Origin: the human T2T-CHM13v2.0 reference genome, Homo sapiens
DNA length: 64,000 nt
NCBI RefSeq assembly: GCF_009914755.1
Contig: NC_060939.1
Strand: one strand, 5' to 3'
Below, piece by piece: positions 1 through 13,500 of this stretch. Position 1 is the stretch's first letter. Each line of letters starts with the position of its first letter. The notes beneath the pieces were generated by a model, which ran no database searches, had not been told where the DNA came from, and saw nothing but the letters and a program-made list of their open reading frames with translations. A program made the position numbers and the translations under genes.

Positions 1-518
1 TTCCATTCCATTCCATTCCATTCCATTCGTGTCCATTCCACTCCAGTCCATTCCATTCGTATCCATTCCATTCCAGTCCATTCCATTTGTGTCCACTGCA
101 TTCCATTCCACTCCATTCCATATTATTCCATTACACTCCATTCCATTCTATTACTTTCATTTCCATTCAATTCCATTCCATTTGATTCCATTCCACTCGG
201 TTTCATTCCATTTGAGTCCACTCCATTCCATTCCATTCCATTCAGTTCCATTCCATTCTGTTCCATTCCATTCCGTTCCATTACATTCCATTCCATTCGG
301 TACCATTCCATATTGTTCCATTCGATTCCATTCGAATCCATTCCATTCCAGTCCATTCCATTCGATTCCATTCCATTCATTTCAATTCCATTCCATTCCA
401 TTCCATTACATTCCACTTGATTCCTCTCCATTCCCTTCCACTGCATTCCGTTCGATTCCATTCCATTGCATTGCATTCCATTCCATTGGATTGCATTCCA
501 TTCGATTCCATTCCATTC

Positions 519-700
519 GAATCAATTACATAGCAATCCATTACATTCGAGTCTATTCTCTTCCGTTCCATTCGATTTCGTTCCAATCCATTCGATTCCA
601 TTCCATTCGATTCCATTCCATACTATTGCATTCCATTCGATTACATTATATTCGAATAAGTTCCATTCAAGACCATTTCTTTTGAGTCCATTCTATTTGA
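519..700 (+). repeat. Intra-unit sub-repeat copy A (GAATCAATTACA...AAGACCATTTCTTTTGAGTCCATTCTAT)
   Basis: Colinear with 1348-1529 at an offset of 829 bp. Shares the non-pentamer words GAATCAATTACA, GCAATCCATTAC, CATAC and GACCATT.CTTTTGAGTCCATTCTAT. Confidence 0.9.
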
Positions 701-1347
701 GTCCATTCCCTTTGATTCCATAACATTTGAGTCCATTCAATTCCATTCCTTTCGTTTCCATTCCATTTGATGCCATTCCATTCAATTCTGTTCTACTCGA
801 CTCCAATACATTCAATTCCATTCCATCCGATTCCATTACATTCTTTTCATTTCTTATCCATTTCAAGCCATTCCACTCCATTCCATTCCACTCGTTTCCT
901 TTCCATTCGAGTCCATTCCTCTCCAGTCCATTCCGTTCAATCCATTCCATTCCAGTCCATTCCATTCGAGTCCGTTCCATTCCAGTCCATTCCATTCGAG
1001 TCAATTCCATCCCATTCGATGTCTTTCCATAACGATCCATTCCATTCTATTCCTTTCGATTCCATTCCATTCTATTTCATTCCATTCGATTCCCTTCCAT
1101 TGGACTCCTTTCCATTCGAGTGCATTCCATTCCGTTCCATTTCTTTCCGTTCTGTACGATTCCTACCGTTCGATTTCATTTTGTTCCAGTCCATTCCTTT
1201 CGCGTCCATTCCATTCCATTTCACTCCATTCGATTCCATTCCACTCGATTCCACTTCGTTCCATTTCATTGCATTCCATTCTATTCAAATCTATTGCCTT
1301 CCATTCCATTCCATTCGATTACATTCCATGCGATTCCATTCGAAATC

Positions 1348-1529
1348 GAATCAATTACATTGCAATCCATTACTATTGAGTCCATTTTATTCCAGTCCAC
1401 TGCATTCTGGTCCATTCCATTTGATATCATTCCATTCTATTCCATTCCATACAGTTGCATTCCATTGGATTCCAATCTATATCTATAAATTCAATTCGAG
1501 ACCATTGCTTTTGAGTCCATTCTATATGA
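1348..1529 (+). repeat. Intra-unit sub-repeat copy B (GAATCAATTACATTGCAATCC...GAGACCATTGCTTTTGAGTCCATTCTAT)
   Basis: Colinear with 519-700; present in every complete unit. Confidence 0.9.
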
Positions 1530-4500
1530 TTCCATTCCATTCAAGTCCATTACATTTGGTTCAATTCCATTCCATTCCATTCCCTTCCATTCCATTCCAG
1601 TTGATATCAATCCATTCGATTCCATTCCATTCGAGCACATTCCATTCGAGTCCATTCCATTCGATGCCATTCCATTTGATTCTATTCCATTAGTCTCCAT
1701 TCAATTCCATTAATCTCCATTCCATTCCATTCTACTCCAACTGATTCCATTCCATTCTATTCCTTTCCATTCCATTTCATTCCATTCCATTCCATTTCAT
1801 TCCATTCCATTCCATTCGTGTCCATTCCACTCCAGTCCATTCCATTCGTGTCCATTCCATTCCAGTCCATTCCATTTGTGTCCACTGCATTCCATTCCAC
1901 TCCATTCCATATTATTCCATTACACTCCATTCCATTCTATTACTTTCATTTCCATTCAATTCCATTCCATTTGATTCCATTCCACTCGGTTTCATTCCAT
2001 TTGAGTCCACTCCATTCCATTCCATTCCATTCAGTTCCATTCCATTCTGTTCCATTCCATTCCGTTCCATTGCATTCCATTCCATTCGGTACCATTCCAT
2101 ATTGTTCCATTCGATTCCATTCGAATCCATTCCATTCCAGTCCATTCCATTCGATTCCATTCCATTCCTTTCAATTCTATTCCATTCCATTCCATTCCAC
2201 TTGATTCCACTCCATTCCCTTCCACTGCATTCCATTGCATTGCATTCCATTCCATTGGACTGCATTCCATTCGATTCCATTCCATTCGAATCAATTACAT
2301 AGCAATCCATTACATTCGAGTCTATTCTATTCCGTTCCATTCGATTTCGTTCCAATCCATTCGATTCCATTCCATTCGATTCCATTCCATACTATTGCAT
2401 TCCATTCGATTACATTATATTCGAATAAGTTCCATTCAAGACCATTTCTTTTGAGTCCATTCTATTTGAGTCCATTCCCTTTGATTCCATAACATTTGAG
2501 TCCATTCAATTCCATTCCTTTCGTTTCCATTCCATTTGATGCCATTCCATTCAATTCTGTTCTACTCGACTCCAATACATTCAATTCCATTCCATCCGAT
2601 TCCATTACATTCTTTTCATTTCTTATCCATTTCAAGCCATTCCACTCCATTCCATTCCACTCGTTTCCTTTCCATTCGAGTCCATTCCTCTCCAGTCCAT
2701 TCCGTTCAATCCATTCCATTCCAGTCCATTCCATTCGAGTCCGTTCCATTCCAGTCCATTCCATTCGAGTCAATTCCATCCCATTCGATGTCTTTCCATA
2801 ACGATCCATTCCATTCTATTCCTTTCGATTCCATTCCATTCTATTTCATTCCATTCGATTCCCTTCCATTGGACTCCTTTCCATTCGAGTGCATTCCATT
2901 CCGTTCCATTTCTTTCCGTTCTGTACGATTCCTACCGTTCGATTTCATTTTGTTCCAGTCCATTCTTTCGCGTCCATTCCATTCCATTTCACTCCATTCG
3001 ATTCCATTCCACTCGATTCCACTTCGTTCCATTTCATTGCATTCCATTCTATTCAACTCTATTGCCTTCCATTCCATTCCATTCGATTACATTCCATGCG
3101 ATTCCATTCGAAATCGAATCAATTACATTGCAATCCATTACTATTGAGTCCGTTTTATTCCAGTCCACTGCATTCTGGTCCATTCCATTTGATTCCATTC
3201 CATTCTATTCCATTCCATACAGTTGCATTCCATTGGATTCCATGCTATATCTATAAATTCAATTCGAGACCATTGCTTTTGAGTCCATTCTATATGATTC
3301 CATTCCATTCAAGTCCATTACATTTGGTTAAATTCCATTCCATTCGGTTCAATTCCATTCCATTCCATTCCCTTCCATTCCATTCCAGTTGATATCAATC
3401 CATTCGATTCCATTCCATTCGAGCACATTCCATTCGAGTCCATTCCATTCGATGCCATTCCATTTGATTCTATTCCATTAGTCTCCATTCAATTCCATTA
3501 ATCTCCATTCCATTCCATTCTACTCCAACTGATTCCATTCCATTCTATTCCTTTCCATTCCATTTCATTCCATTCCATTCCATTCCATTCCATTCCATTC
3601 CATTCGTGTCCATTCCACTCCAGTCCATTCCATTCGTATCCATTCCATTCCAGTCCATTCCATTTGTGTCCACTGCATTCCATTCCACTCCATTCCATAT
3701 TATTCCATTACACTCCATTCCATTCTATTACTTTCATTTCCATTCAATTCCATTCCATTTGATTCCATTCCACTCGGTTTCATTCCATTTGAGTCCACTC
3801 CATTCCATTCCATTCCATTCAGTTCCATTCCATTCTGTTCCATTCCATTCCGTTCCATTACATTCCATTCCATTCGGTACCATTCCATATTGTTCCATTC
3901 GATTCCATTCGAATCCATTCCATTCCAGTCCATTCCATTCGATTCCATTCCATTCATTTCAATTCCATTCCATTCCATTCCATTACATTCCACTTGATTC
4001 CTCTCCATTCCCTTCCACTGCATTCCGTTCGATTCCATTCCATTGCATTGCATTCCATTCCATTGGATTGCATTCCATTCGATTCCATTCCATTCGAATC
4101 AATTACATAGCAATCCATTACATTCGAGTCTATTCTATTCCGTTCCATTCGATTTCGTTCCAATCCATTCGATTCCATTCCATTCGATTCCATTCCATAC
4201 TATTGCATTCCATTCGATTACATTATATTCGAATAAGTTCCATTCAAGACCATTTCTTTTGAGTCCATTCTATTTGAGTCCATTCCCTTTGATTCCATAA
4301 CATTTGAGTCCATTCAATTCCATTCCTTTCGTTTCCATTCCATTTGATGCCATTCCATTCAATTCTGTTCTACTCGACTCCAATACATTCAATTCCATTC
4401 CATCCGATTCCATTACATTCTTTTCATTTCTTATCCATTTCAAGCCATTCCACTCCATTCCATTCCACTCGTTTCCTTTCCATTCGAGTCCATTCCTCTC

Positions 4501-7500
4501 CAGTCCATTCCGTTCAATCCATTCCATTCCAGTCCATTCCATTCGAGTCCGTTCCATTCCAGTCCATTCCATTCGAGTCAATTCCATCCCATTCGATGTC
4601 TTTCCATAACGATCCATTCCATTCTATTCCTTTCGATTCCATTCCATTCTATTTCATTCCATTCGATTCCCTTCCATTGGACTCCTTTCCATTCGAGTGC
4701 ATTCCATTCCGTTCCATTTCTTTCCGTTCTGTACGATTCCTACCGTTCGATTTCATTTTGTTCCAGTCCATTCTTTCGCGTCCATTCCATTCCATTTCAC
4801 TCCATTCGATTCCATTCCACTCGATTCCACTTCGTTCCATTTCATTGCATTCCATTCTATTCAACTCTACTGCCTTCCATTCCATTCCATTCGATTACAT
4901 TCCATGCGATTCCATTCGAAATCGAATCAATTACATTGCAATCCATTACTATTGAGTCCGTTTTATTCCAGTCCACTGCATTCTGGTCCATTCCATTTGA
5001 TTCCATTCCATTCTATTCCATTCCATACAGTTGCATTCCATTGGATTCCATGCTATATCTATAAATTCAATTCGAGACCATTGCTTTTGAGTCCATTCTA
5101 TATGATTCCATTCCATTCAAGTCCATTACATTTGGTTAAATTCCATTCCATTCGGTTCAATTCCATTCCATTCCATTCCCTTCCATTCCATTCCAGTTGA
5201 TATCAATCCATTCGATTCCATTCCATTCGAGCACATTCCATTCGAGTCCATTCCATTCGATGCCATTCCATTTGATTCTATTCCATTAGTCTCCATTCAA
5301 TTCCATTAATCTCCATTCCATTCCATTCTACTCCAACTGATTCCATTCCATTCTATTCCTTTTTATTCCATTTCATTCCATTCCATTCCATTCCATTCCA
5401 TTCGTGTCCATTCCACTCCAGTCCATTCCATTCGTATCCATTCCATTCCAGTCCATTCCATTTGTGTCCACTGCATTCCATTCCACTCCATTCCATATTA
5501 TTCCATTACACTCCATTCCATTCTATTACTTTCATTTCCATTCAATTCCATTCCATTTGATTCCATTCCACTCGGTTTCATTCCATTTGAGTCCACTCCA
5601 TTCCATTCCATTCCATTCAGTTCCATTCCATTCTGTTCCATTCCATTCCGTTCCATTACATTCCATTCCATTCGGTACCATTCCATATTGTTCCATTCGA
5701 TTCCATTCGAATCCATTCCATTCCAGTCCATTCCATTCGATTCCATTCCATTCATTTCAATTCCATTCCATTCCATTCCATTACATTCCACTTGATTCCT
5801 CTCCATTCCCTTCCACTGCATTCCGTTCGATTCCATTCCATTGCATTGCATTCCATTCCATTGGATTGCATTCCATTCGATTCCATTCCATTCGAATCAA
5901 TTACATAGCAATCCATTACATTCGAGTCTATTCTCTTCCGTTCCATTCGATTTCGTTCCAATCCATTCGATTCCATTCCATTCGATTCCATTCCATACTA
6001 TTGCATTCCATTCGATTACATTATATTCGAATAAGTTCCATTCAAGACCATTTCTTTTGAGTCCATTCTATTTGAGTCCATTCCCTTTGATTCCATAACA
6101 TTTGAGTCCATTCAATTCCATTCCTTTCGTTTCCATTCCATTTGATGCCATTCCATTCAATTCTGTTCTACTCGACTCCAATACATTCAATTCCATTCCA
6201 TCCGATTCCATTACATTCTTTTCATTTCTTATCCATTTCAAGCCATTCCACTCCATTCCATTCCACTCGTTTCCTTTCCATTCGAGTCCATTCCTCTCCA
6301 GTCCATTCCGTTCAATCCATTCCATTCCAGTCCATTCCATTCGAGTCCGTTCCATTCCAGTCCATTCCATTCGAGTCAATTCCATCCCATTCGATGTCTT
6401 TCCATAACGATCCATTCCATTCTATTCCTTTCGATTCCATTCCATTCTATTTCATTCCATTCGATTCCCTTCCATTGGACTCCTTTCCATTCGAGTGCAT
6501 TCCATTCCGTTCCATTTCTTTCCGTTCTGTACGATTCCTACCGTTCGATTTCATTTTGTTCCAGTCCATTCCTTTCGCGTCCATTCCATTCCATTTCACT
6601 CCATTCGATTCCATTCCACTCGATTCCACTTCGTTCCATTTCATTGCATTCCATTCTATTCAACTCTATTGCCTTCCATTCCATTCCATTCGATTACATT
6701 CCATGCGATTCCATTCGAAATCGAATCAATTACATTGCAATCCATTACTATTGAGTCCATTTTATTCCAGTCCACTGCATTCTGGTCCATTCCATTTGAT
6801 TCCATTCCATTCTATTCCATTCCATACAGTTGCATTCCATTGGATTCCAATCTATATCTATAAATTCAATTCGAGACCATTGCTTTTGAGTCCATTCTAT
6901 ATGATTCCATTCCATTCAAGTCCATTACATTTGGTTCAATTCCATTCCATTCCATTCCCTTCCATTCCATTCCAGTTGATATCAATCCATTCGATTCCAT
7001 TCCATTCGAGCACATTCCATTCGAGTCCATTCCATTCGATGCCATTCCATTTGATTCTATTCCATTAGTCTCCATTCAATTCCATTAATCTCCATTCCAT
7101 TCCATTCTACTCCAACTGATTCCATTCCATTCTATTCCTTTCCATTCCATTTCATTCCATTCCATTCCATTTCATTCCATTCCATTCCATTCGTGTCCAT
7201 TCCACTCCAGTCCATTCCATTCGTGTCCATTCCATTCCAGTCCATTCCATTTGTGTCCACTGCATTCCATTCCACTCCATTCCATATTATTCCATTACAC
7301 TCCATTCCATTCTATTACTTTCATTTCCATTCAATTCCATTCCATTTGATTCCATTCCACTGGGTTTCATTCCATTTGAGTCCACTCCATTCCATTCCAT
7401 TCCATTCAGTTCCATTCCATTCTGTTCCATTCCATTCCGTTCCATTACATTCCATTCCATTCGGTACCATTCCATATTGTTCCATTCGATTCCATTCGAA

Positions 7501-10500
7501 TCCATTCCATTCCAGTCCATTCCATTCGATTCCATTCCATTCATTTCAATTCCATTCCATTCCATTCCATTCCATTCCACTTGATTCCTCTCCATTCCCT
7601 TCCACTGCATTCCGTTCGATTCCATTCCATTGCATTGCATTCCATTCCATTGGATTGCATTCCATTCGATTCCATTCCATTCGAATCAATTACATAGCAA
7701 TCCATTACATTCGAGTCTATTCTCTTCCGTTCCATTCGATTTCGTTCCAATCCATTCGATTCCATTCCATTCGATTCCATTCCATACTATTGCATTCCAT
7801 TCGATTACATTATATTCGAATAAGTTCCATTCAAGACCATTTCTTTTGAGTCCATTCTATTTGAGTCCATTCCCTTTGATTCCATAACATTTGAGTCCAT
7901 TCAATTCCATTCCTTTCGTTTCCATTCCATTTGATGCCATTCCATTCAATTCTGTTCTACTCGACTCCAATACATTCAATTCCATTCCATCCGATTCCAT
8001 TACATTCTTTTCATTTCTTATCCATTTCAAGCCATTCCACTCCATTCCATTCCACTCGTTTCCTTTCCATTCGAGTCCATTCCTCTCCAGTCCATTCCGT
8101 TCAATCCATTCCATTCCAGTCCATTCCATTCGAGTCCGTTCCATTCCAGTCCATTCCATTCGAGTCAATTCCATCCCATTCGATGTCTTTCCATAACGAT
8201 CCATTCCATTCTATTCCTTTCGATTCCATTCCATTCTATTTCATTCCATTCGATTCCCTTCCATTGGACTCCTTTCCATTCGAGTGCATTCCATTCCGTT
8301 CCATTTCTTTCCGTTCTGTACGATTCCTACCGTTCGATTTCATTTTGTTCCAGTCCATTCCTTTCGCGTCCATTCCATTCCATTTCACTCCATTCGATTC
8401 CATTCCACTCGATTCCACTTCGTTCCATTTCATTGCATTCCATTCTATTCAACTCTATTGCCTTCCATTCCATTCCATTCGATTACATTCCATGCGATTC
8501 CATTCGAAATCGAATCAATTACATTGCAATCCATTACTATTGAGTCCATGTTATTCCAGTCCACTGCATTCTGGTCCATTCCATTTGATTCCATTCCATT
8601 CTATTCCATTCCATACAGTTGCATTCCATTGGATTCCTATCTATATCTATAAATTCAATTCGAGACCATTGCTTTTGAGTCCATTCTATATGATTCCATT
8701 CCATTCAAGTCCATTACATTCGGTTCAATTCCATTCCATTCCATTCCCTTCCATTCCATTCCAGTTGATATCAATCCATTCGATTCCATTCCATTCGAGC
8801 ACATTCCATTCGAGTCCATTCCATTCGATGCCATTCCATTTGATTCTATTCCATTAGTCTCCATTCAATTCCATTAATCTCCATTCCATTCCATTCTACT
8901 CCAACTGATTCCATTCCATTCTATTCCTTTGCATTCCATTTCATTCCATTCCATTCCATTTCATTCCATTCCATTCCATTCCATTCCATTCGCTTCCATT
9001 CCATTCGTGTCCATTGCATTCCAGTCCATTCCATTTGTGTCCACTGCATTCCATTCCACTCCATTCCATATTATTCCATTACACTCCATTCCATTCTATT
9101 ACTTCATTTCCATTGAATTCCATTCCATTTGATTCCATTCCACTCGGTTTCATTCCATTTGAGTCCACTCCACTCCATTCCATTCCATTCCATTCCATTC
9201 AGTTCCATTCCATTCTGTTCCATTCCATTCCGTTCCATTGCATTCCATTCCATTCGGTACCATTCCATATTGTTCCATTCGATTCCATTCGAATCCATTC
9301 CATTCCAGTCCATTCCATTCGATTCCATTCCATTCCTTTCAATTCCATTCCATTCCATTCCATTCCACATGATTCCACTCCATTCCCTTCCACTGCATTC
9401 CATTGCATTGCATTCCATTCCATTGGACTGCATTCCATTCGATTCCATTCCATTCGAATCAATTACATAGCAATCCATTACATTCGAGTCTATTCTCTTC
9501 CGTTCCATTCGATTTCGTTCCAATCCATTCGATTCCATTCCATTCGATTCCATTCCATACTATTGCATTCCATTCGATTACATTATATTCGAATAAGTTC
9601 CATTCAAGACCATTTCTTTTGAGTCCATTCTATTTGAGTCCATTCCCTTTGATTCCATAACATTTGAGTCCATTCAATTCCATTCCTTTCGTTTCCATTC
9701 CATTTGATGCCATTCCATTCAATTCTGTTCTACTCGACTCCAATACATTCAATTCCATTCCATCCGATTCCATTACATTCTTTTCATTTCTTATCCATTT
9801 CAAGCCATTCCACTCCATTCCATTCCACTCGTTTCCTTTCCATTCGAGTCCATTCCTCTCCAGTCCATTCCGTTCAATCCATTCCATTCCAGTCCATTCC
9901 ATTCGAGTCCGTTCCATTCCAATCCATTCCATTCGAGTCAATTCCATTCCATTCGATGTCTTTCCATAACGATCCATTCCATTCTATTCCTTTCGATTCC
10001 ATTCCATTCTATTTCATTCCATTCGATTCCCTTCCATTGGACTCCTTTCCATTCGAGTGCATTCCATTCCGTTCCATTTCTTTCCGTTCTGTACGATTCC
10101 TACCGTTCGATTTCATTTTCTTCCAGTCCATTCTTTCGCGTCCATTCCATTCCATTTCACTCCATTCGATTCCATTCCACTCGATTCCACTTCGTTCCAT
10201 TTCATTGCATTCCATTCTATTCAACTCTATTGCCTTCCATTCCATTCCATTCGATTACATTCCATGCGATTCCATTCGAAATCGAATCAATTACATTGCA
10301 ATCCATTACTATTGAGTCAGTTTTATTCCAGTCCACTGCATTCTGGTCCATTCCATTTGATTCCATTCCATTCTATTCCATTCCATACAGTTGCATTCCA
10401 TTGGATTCCATGCTATATCTATAAATTCAATTCGAGACCATTGCTTTTGAGTCCATTCTATATGATTCCATTCCATTCAAGTCCATTACATTTGGTTAAA

Positions 10501-13500
10501 TTCCATTCCATTCGGTTCAATTCCATTCCACTCCATTCCCTTCCATTCCATTCCAGTTGATATCAATCCATTCGATTCCATTCCATTCGAGCACATTCCA
10601 TTCGAGTCCATTCCATTCGATGCCATTCCATTTGATTCTATTCCATTAGTCTCCATTCAATTCCATTAATCTCCATTCCATTCCATTCTACTCCAACTGA
10701 TTGCATTCCATTCTATTCCTTTTTATTCAATTTCATTCCATTCCATTCCATTCCATTCCATTCGTGTCCATTCCACTCCAGTCCATTCCATTCGTATCCA
10801 TTCCATTCCAGTCCATTCCATTTGTGTCCACTGCATTCCATTCCACTCCATTCCATATTATTCCATTACACTCCATTCCATTCTATTACTTTCATTTCCA
10901 TTCAATTCCATTCCATTTGATTCCATTCCACTCGGTTTCATTCCATTTGAGTCCACTCCATTCCATTCCATTCAGTTCCATTCCATTCTGTTCCATTCCA
11001 TTCCGTTCCATTACATTCCATTCCATTCGGTACCATTCCATATTGTTCCATTCGATTCCATTCGAATCCATTCCATTCCAGTCCATTCCATTCGATTCCA
11101 TTCCATTCATTTCAATTCCATTCCATTCCATTCCATTACATTCCACTTGATTCCTCTCCATTCCCTTCCACTGCATTCCGTTCGATTCCATTCCATTGCA
11201 TTGCATTCCATTCCATTGGATTGCATTCCATTCGATTCCATTCCATTCGAATCAATTACATAGCAATCCATTACATTCGAGTCTATTCTCTTCCGTTCCA
11301 TTCGATTTCGTTCCAATCCATTCGATTCCATTCCATTCGATTCCATTCCATACTATTGCATTCCATTCGATTACATTATATTCGAATAAGTTCCATTCAA
11401 GACCATTTCTTTTGAGTCCATTCTATTTGAGTCCATTCCCTTTGATTCCATAACATTTGAGCCCATTCAATTCCATTCCTTTCGTTTCCATTCCATTTGA
11501 TGCCATTCCATTCAATTCTGTTCTACTCGACTCCAATACATTCAATTCCATTCCATCCGATTCCATTACATTCTTTTCATTTCTTATCCATTTCAAGCCA
11601 TTCCACTCCATTCCATTCCACTCGTTTCCTTTCCATTCGAGTCCATTCCTCTCCAGTCCATTCCGTTCAATCCATTCCATTCCAGTCCATTCCACTCGAG
11701 TCCGTTCCATTCCAGTCCATTCCATTCGAGTCAATTCCATTCCATTCGATGTCTTTCCATAACGATCCATTCCATTCTGTTCCTTTCGATTCCATTCCAT
11801 TCTATTTCATTCCATTCGATTCCCTTCCATTGGACTCCTTTCCATTCGAGTGCATTCCATTCCGTTCCATTTCGTTCCGTTCTGTACGATTCCTACGGTT
11901 CGATTTCATTTTGTTCCAGTCCATTCCTTTCGCGTCCATTCCATTCCATTTCACTCCATTCGATTCCATTCCACTCGATTCCACTTCGTTCCATTTCATT
12001 GCATTCCATTCTATTCAACTCTATTGCCTTCCCTTCCATTCCATTCGATTACATTCCATGCGATTCCATTCGAAATCGAATCAATTACATTGCAAACCAT
12101 TACTATTGAGTCCGTTTTATTCCAGTCCACTGCATTCTGGTCCATTCCATTTGATTCCATTCCATTCTATTCCATTCCATACAGTTGCATTCCATTGGAT
12201 TCCATGCTATATCTATAAATTCAATTCGAGACCATTGCTTTTGAGTCCATTCTATATGATTCCATTCCATTCAAGTCCATTACATTTGGTTAAATTCCAT
12301 TCCATTCGGTTCAATTCCATTCCATTCCATTCCCTTCCATTCCATTCCAGTTGATATCAATCCATTCGATTCCATTCCATTCGATCACATTCCATTCGAG
12401 TCCATTCCATTCGATGCCATTCCATTTGATTCTATTCCATTAGTCTCCATTCAATTCCATTAATCTCCATTCCATTCCATTCTACTCCAACTGATTCCAT
12501 TCCATTCTATTCCTTTTTATTCCATTTCATTCCATTCCATTCCATTCCATTCCATTCCATTCGTGTCCATTCCACTCCAGTCCATTCCATTCGTATCCAT
12601 TCCATTCCAGTCCATTCCATTTGTGTCCACTGCATTCCATTCCACTCCATTCCATATTATTCCATTACACTCCATTCCATTCTATTACTTTCATTTCCAT
12701 TCAATTCCATTCCATTTGATTCCATTCCACTCGGTTTCATTCCATTTGAGTCCACTCCATTCCATTCCATTCCATTCAGTTCCATTCCATTCTGTTCCAT
12801 TCCATTCCGTTCCATTACATTGCATTCCATTCGGTACCATTCCATATTGTTCCATTCGATTCCATTCGAATCCATTCCATTCCAGTCCATTCCATTCGAT
12901 TCCATTCCATTCATTTCAATTCCATTCCATTCCATTCCATTACATTCCACTTGATTCCTCTCCATTCCCTTCCACTGCATTCCGTTCGATTCCATTCCAT
13001 TGCATTGCATTCCATTCCATTGGATTGCATTCCATTCGATTCCATTCCATTCGAATCAATTACATAGCAATCCATTACATTCGAGTCTATTCTCTTCCGT
13101 TCCATTCGATTTCGTTCCAATCCATTCGATTCCATTCCATTCGATTCCATTCCATACTATTGCATTCCATTCGATTACATTATATTCGAATAAGTTCCAT
13201 TCAAGACCATTTCTTTTGAGTCCATTCTATTTGAGTCCATTCCCTTTGATTCCATAACATTTGAGTCCATTCAATTCCATTCCTTTCGTTTCCATTCCAT
13301 TTGATGCCATTCCATTCAATTCTGTTCTACTCGACTCCAATACATTCAATTCCATTCCATCCGATTCCATTACATTCTTTTCATTTCTTATCCATTTCAA
13401 GCCATTCCACTCCATTCCATTCCACTCGTTTCCTTTCCATTCGAGTCCATTCCTCTCCAGTCCATTCCGTTCAATCCATTCCATTCCAGTCCATTCCATT

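Larger units (their letters stand above)
29..1817 (+). repeat. Representative 1789-bp unit
   Basis: Runs from GTGTCCATTCCACTCCAG at 29 to the next copy at 1818. Contains KpnI 299-304, CGCG 1201-1204 and EcoRV 1603-1608. Confidence 0.95.

Noticed and set aside
640-665. Possible heat-shock element (TTCGAATAAGTTC), given HSF1-SatIII biology
   Set aside because: The spacing does not fit alternating nGAAn/nTTCn units. HSF1 nuclear stress bodies are mainly tied to the chr9 HSat3 array.
828-838. DUX4-like site (CGATTCCATTA; reverse TAATGGAATCG)
   Set aside because: It mismatches the TAAYBBAATCA consensus, and near-matches are expected by chance in this pentamer background.
1484-1489. TATAAA once per unit
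   Set aside because: It sits in an AT-rich degenerate pentamer stretch, matches TATAWAWR imperfectly, and has no other promoter evidence. Conservation is explained by recent amplification.
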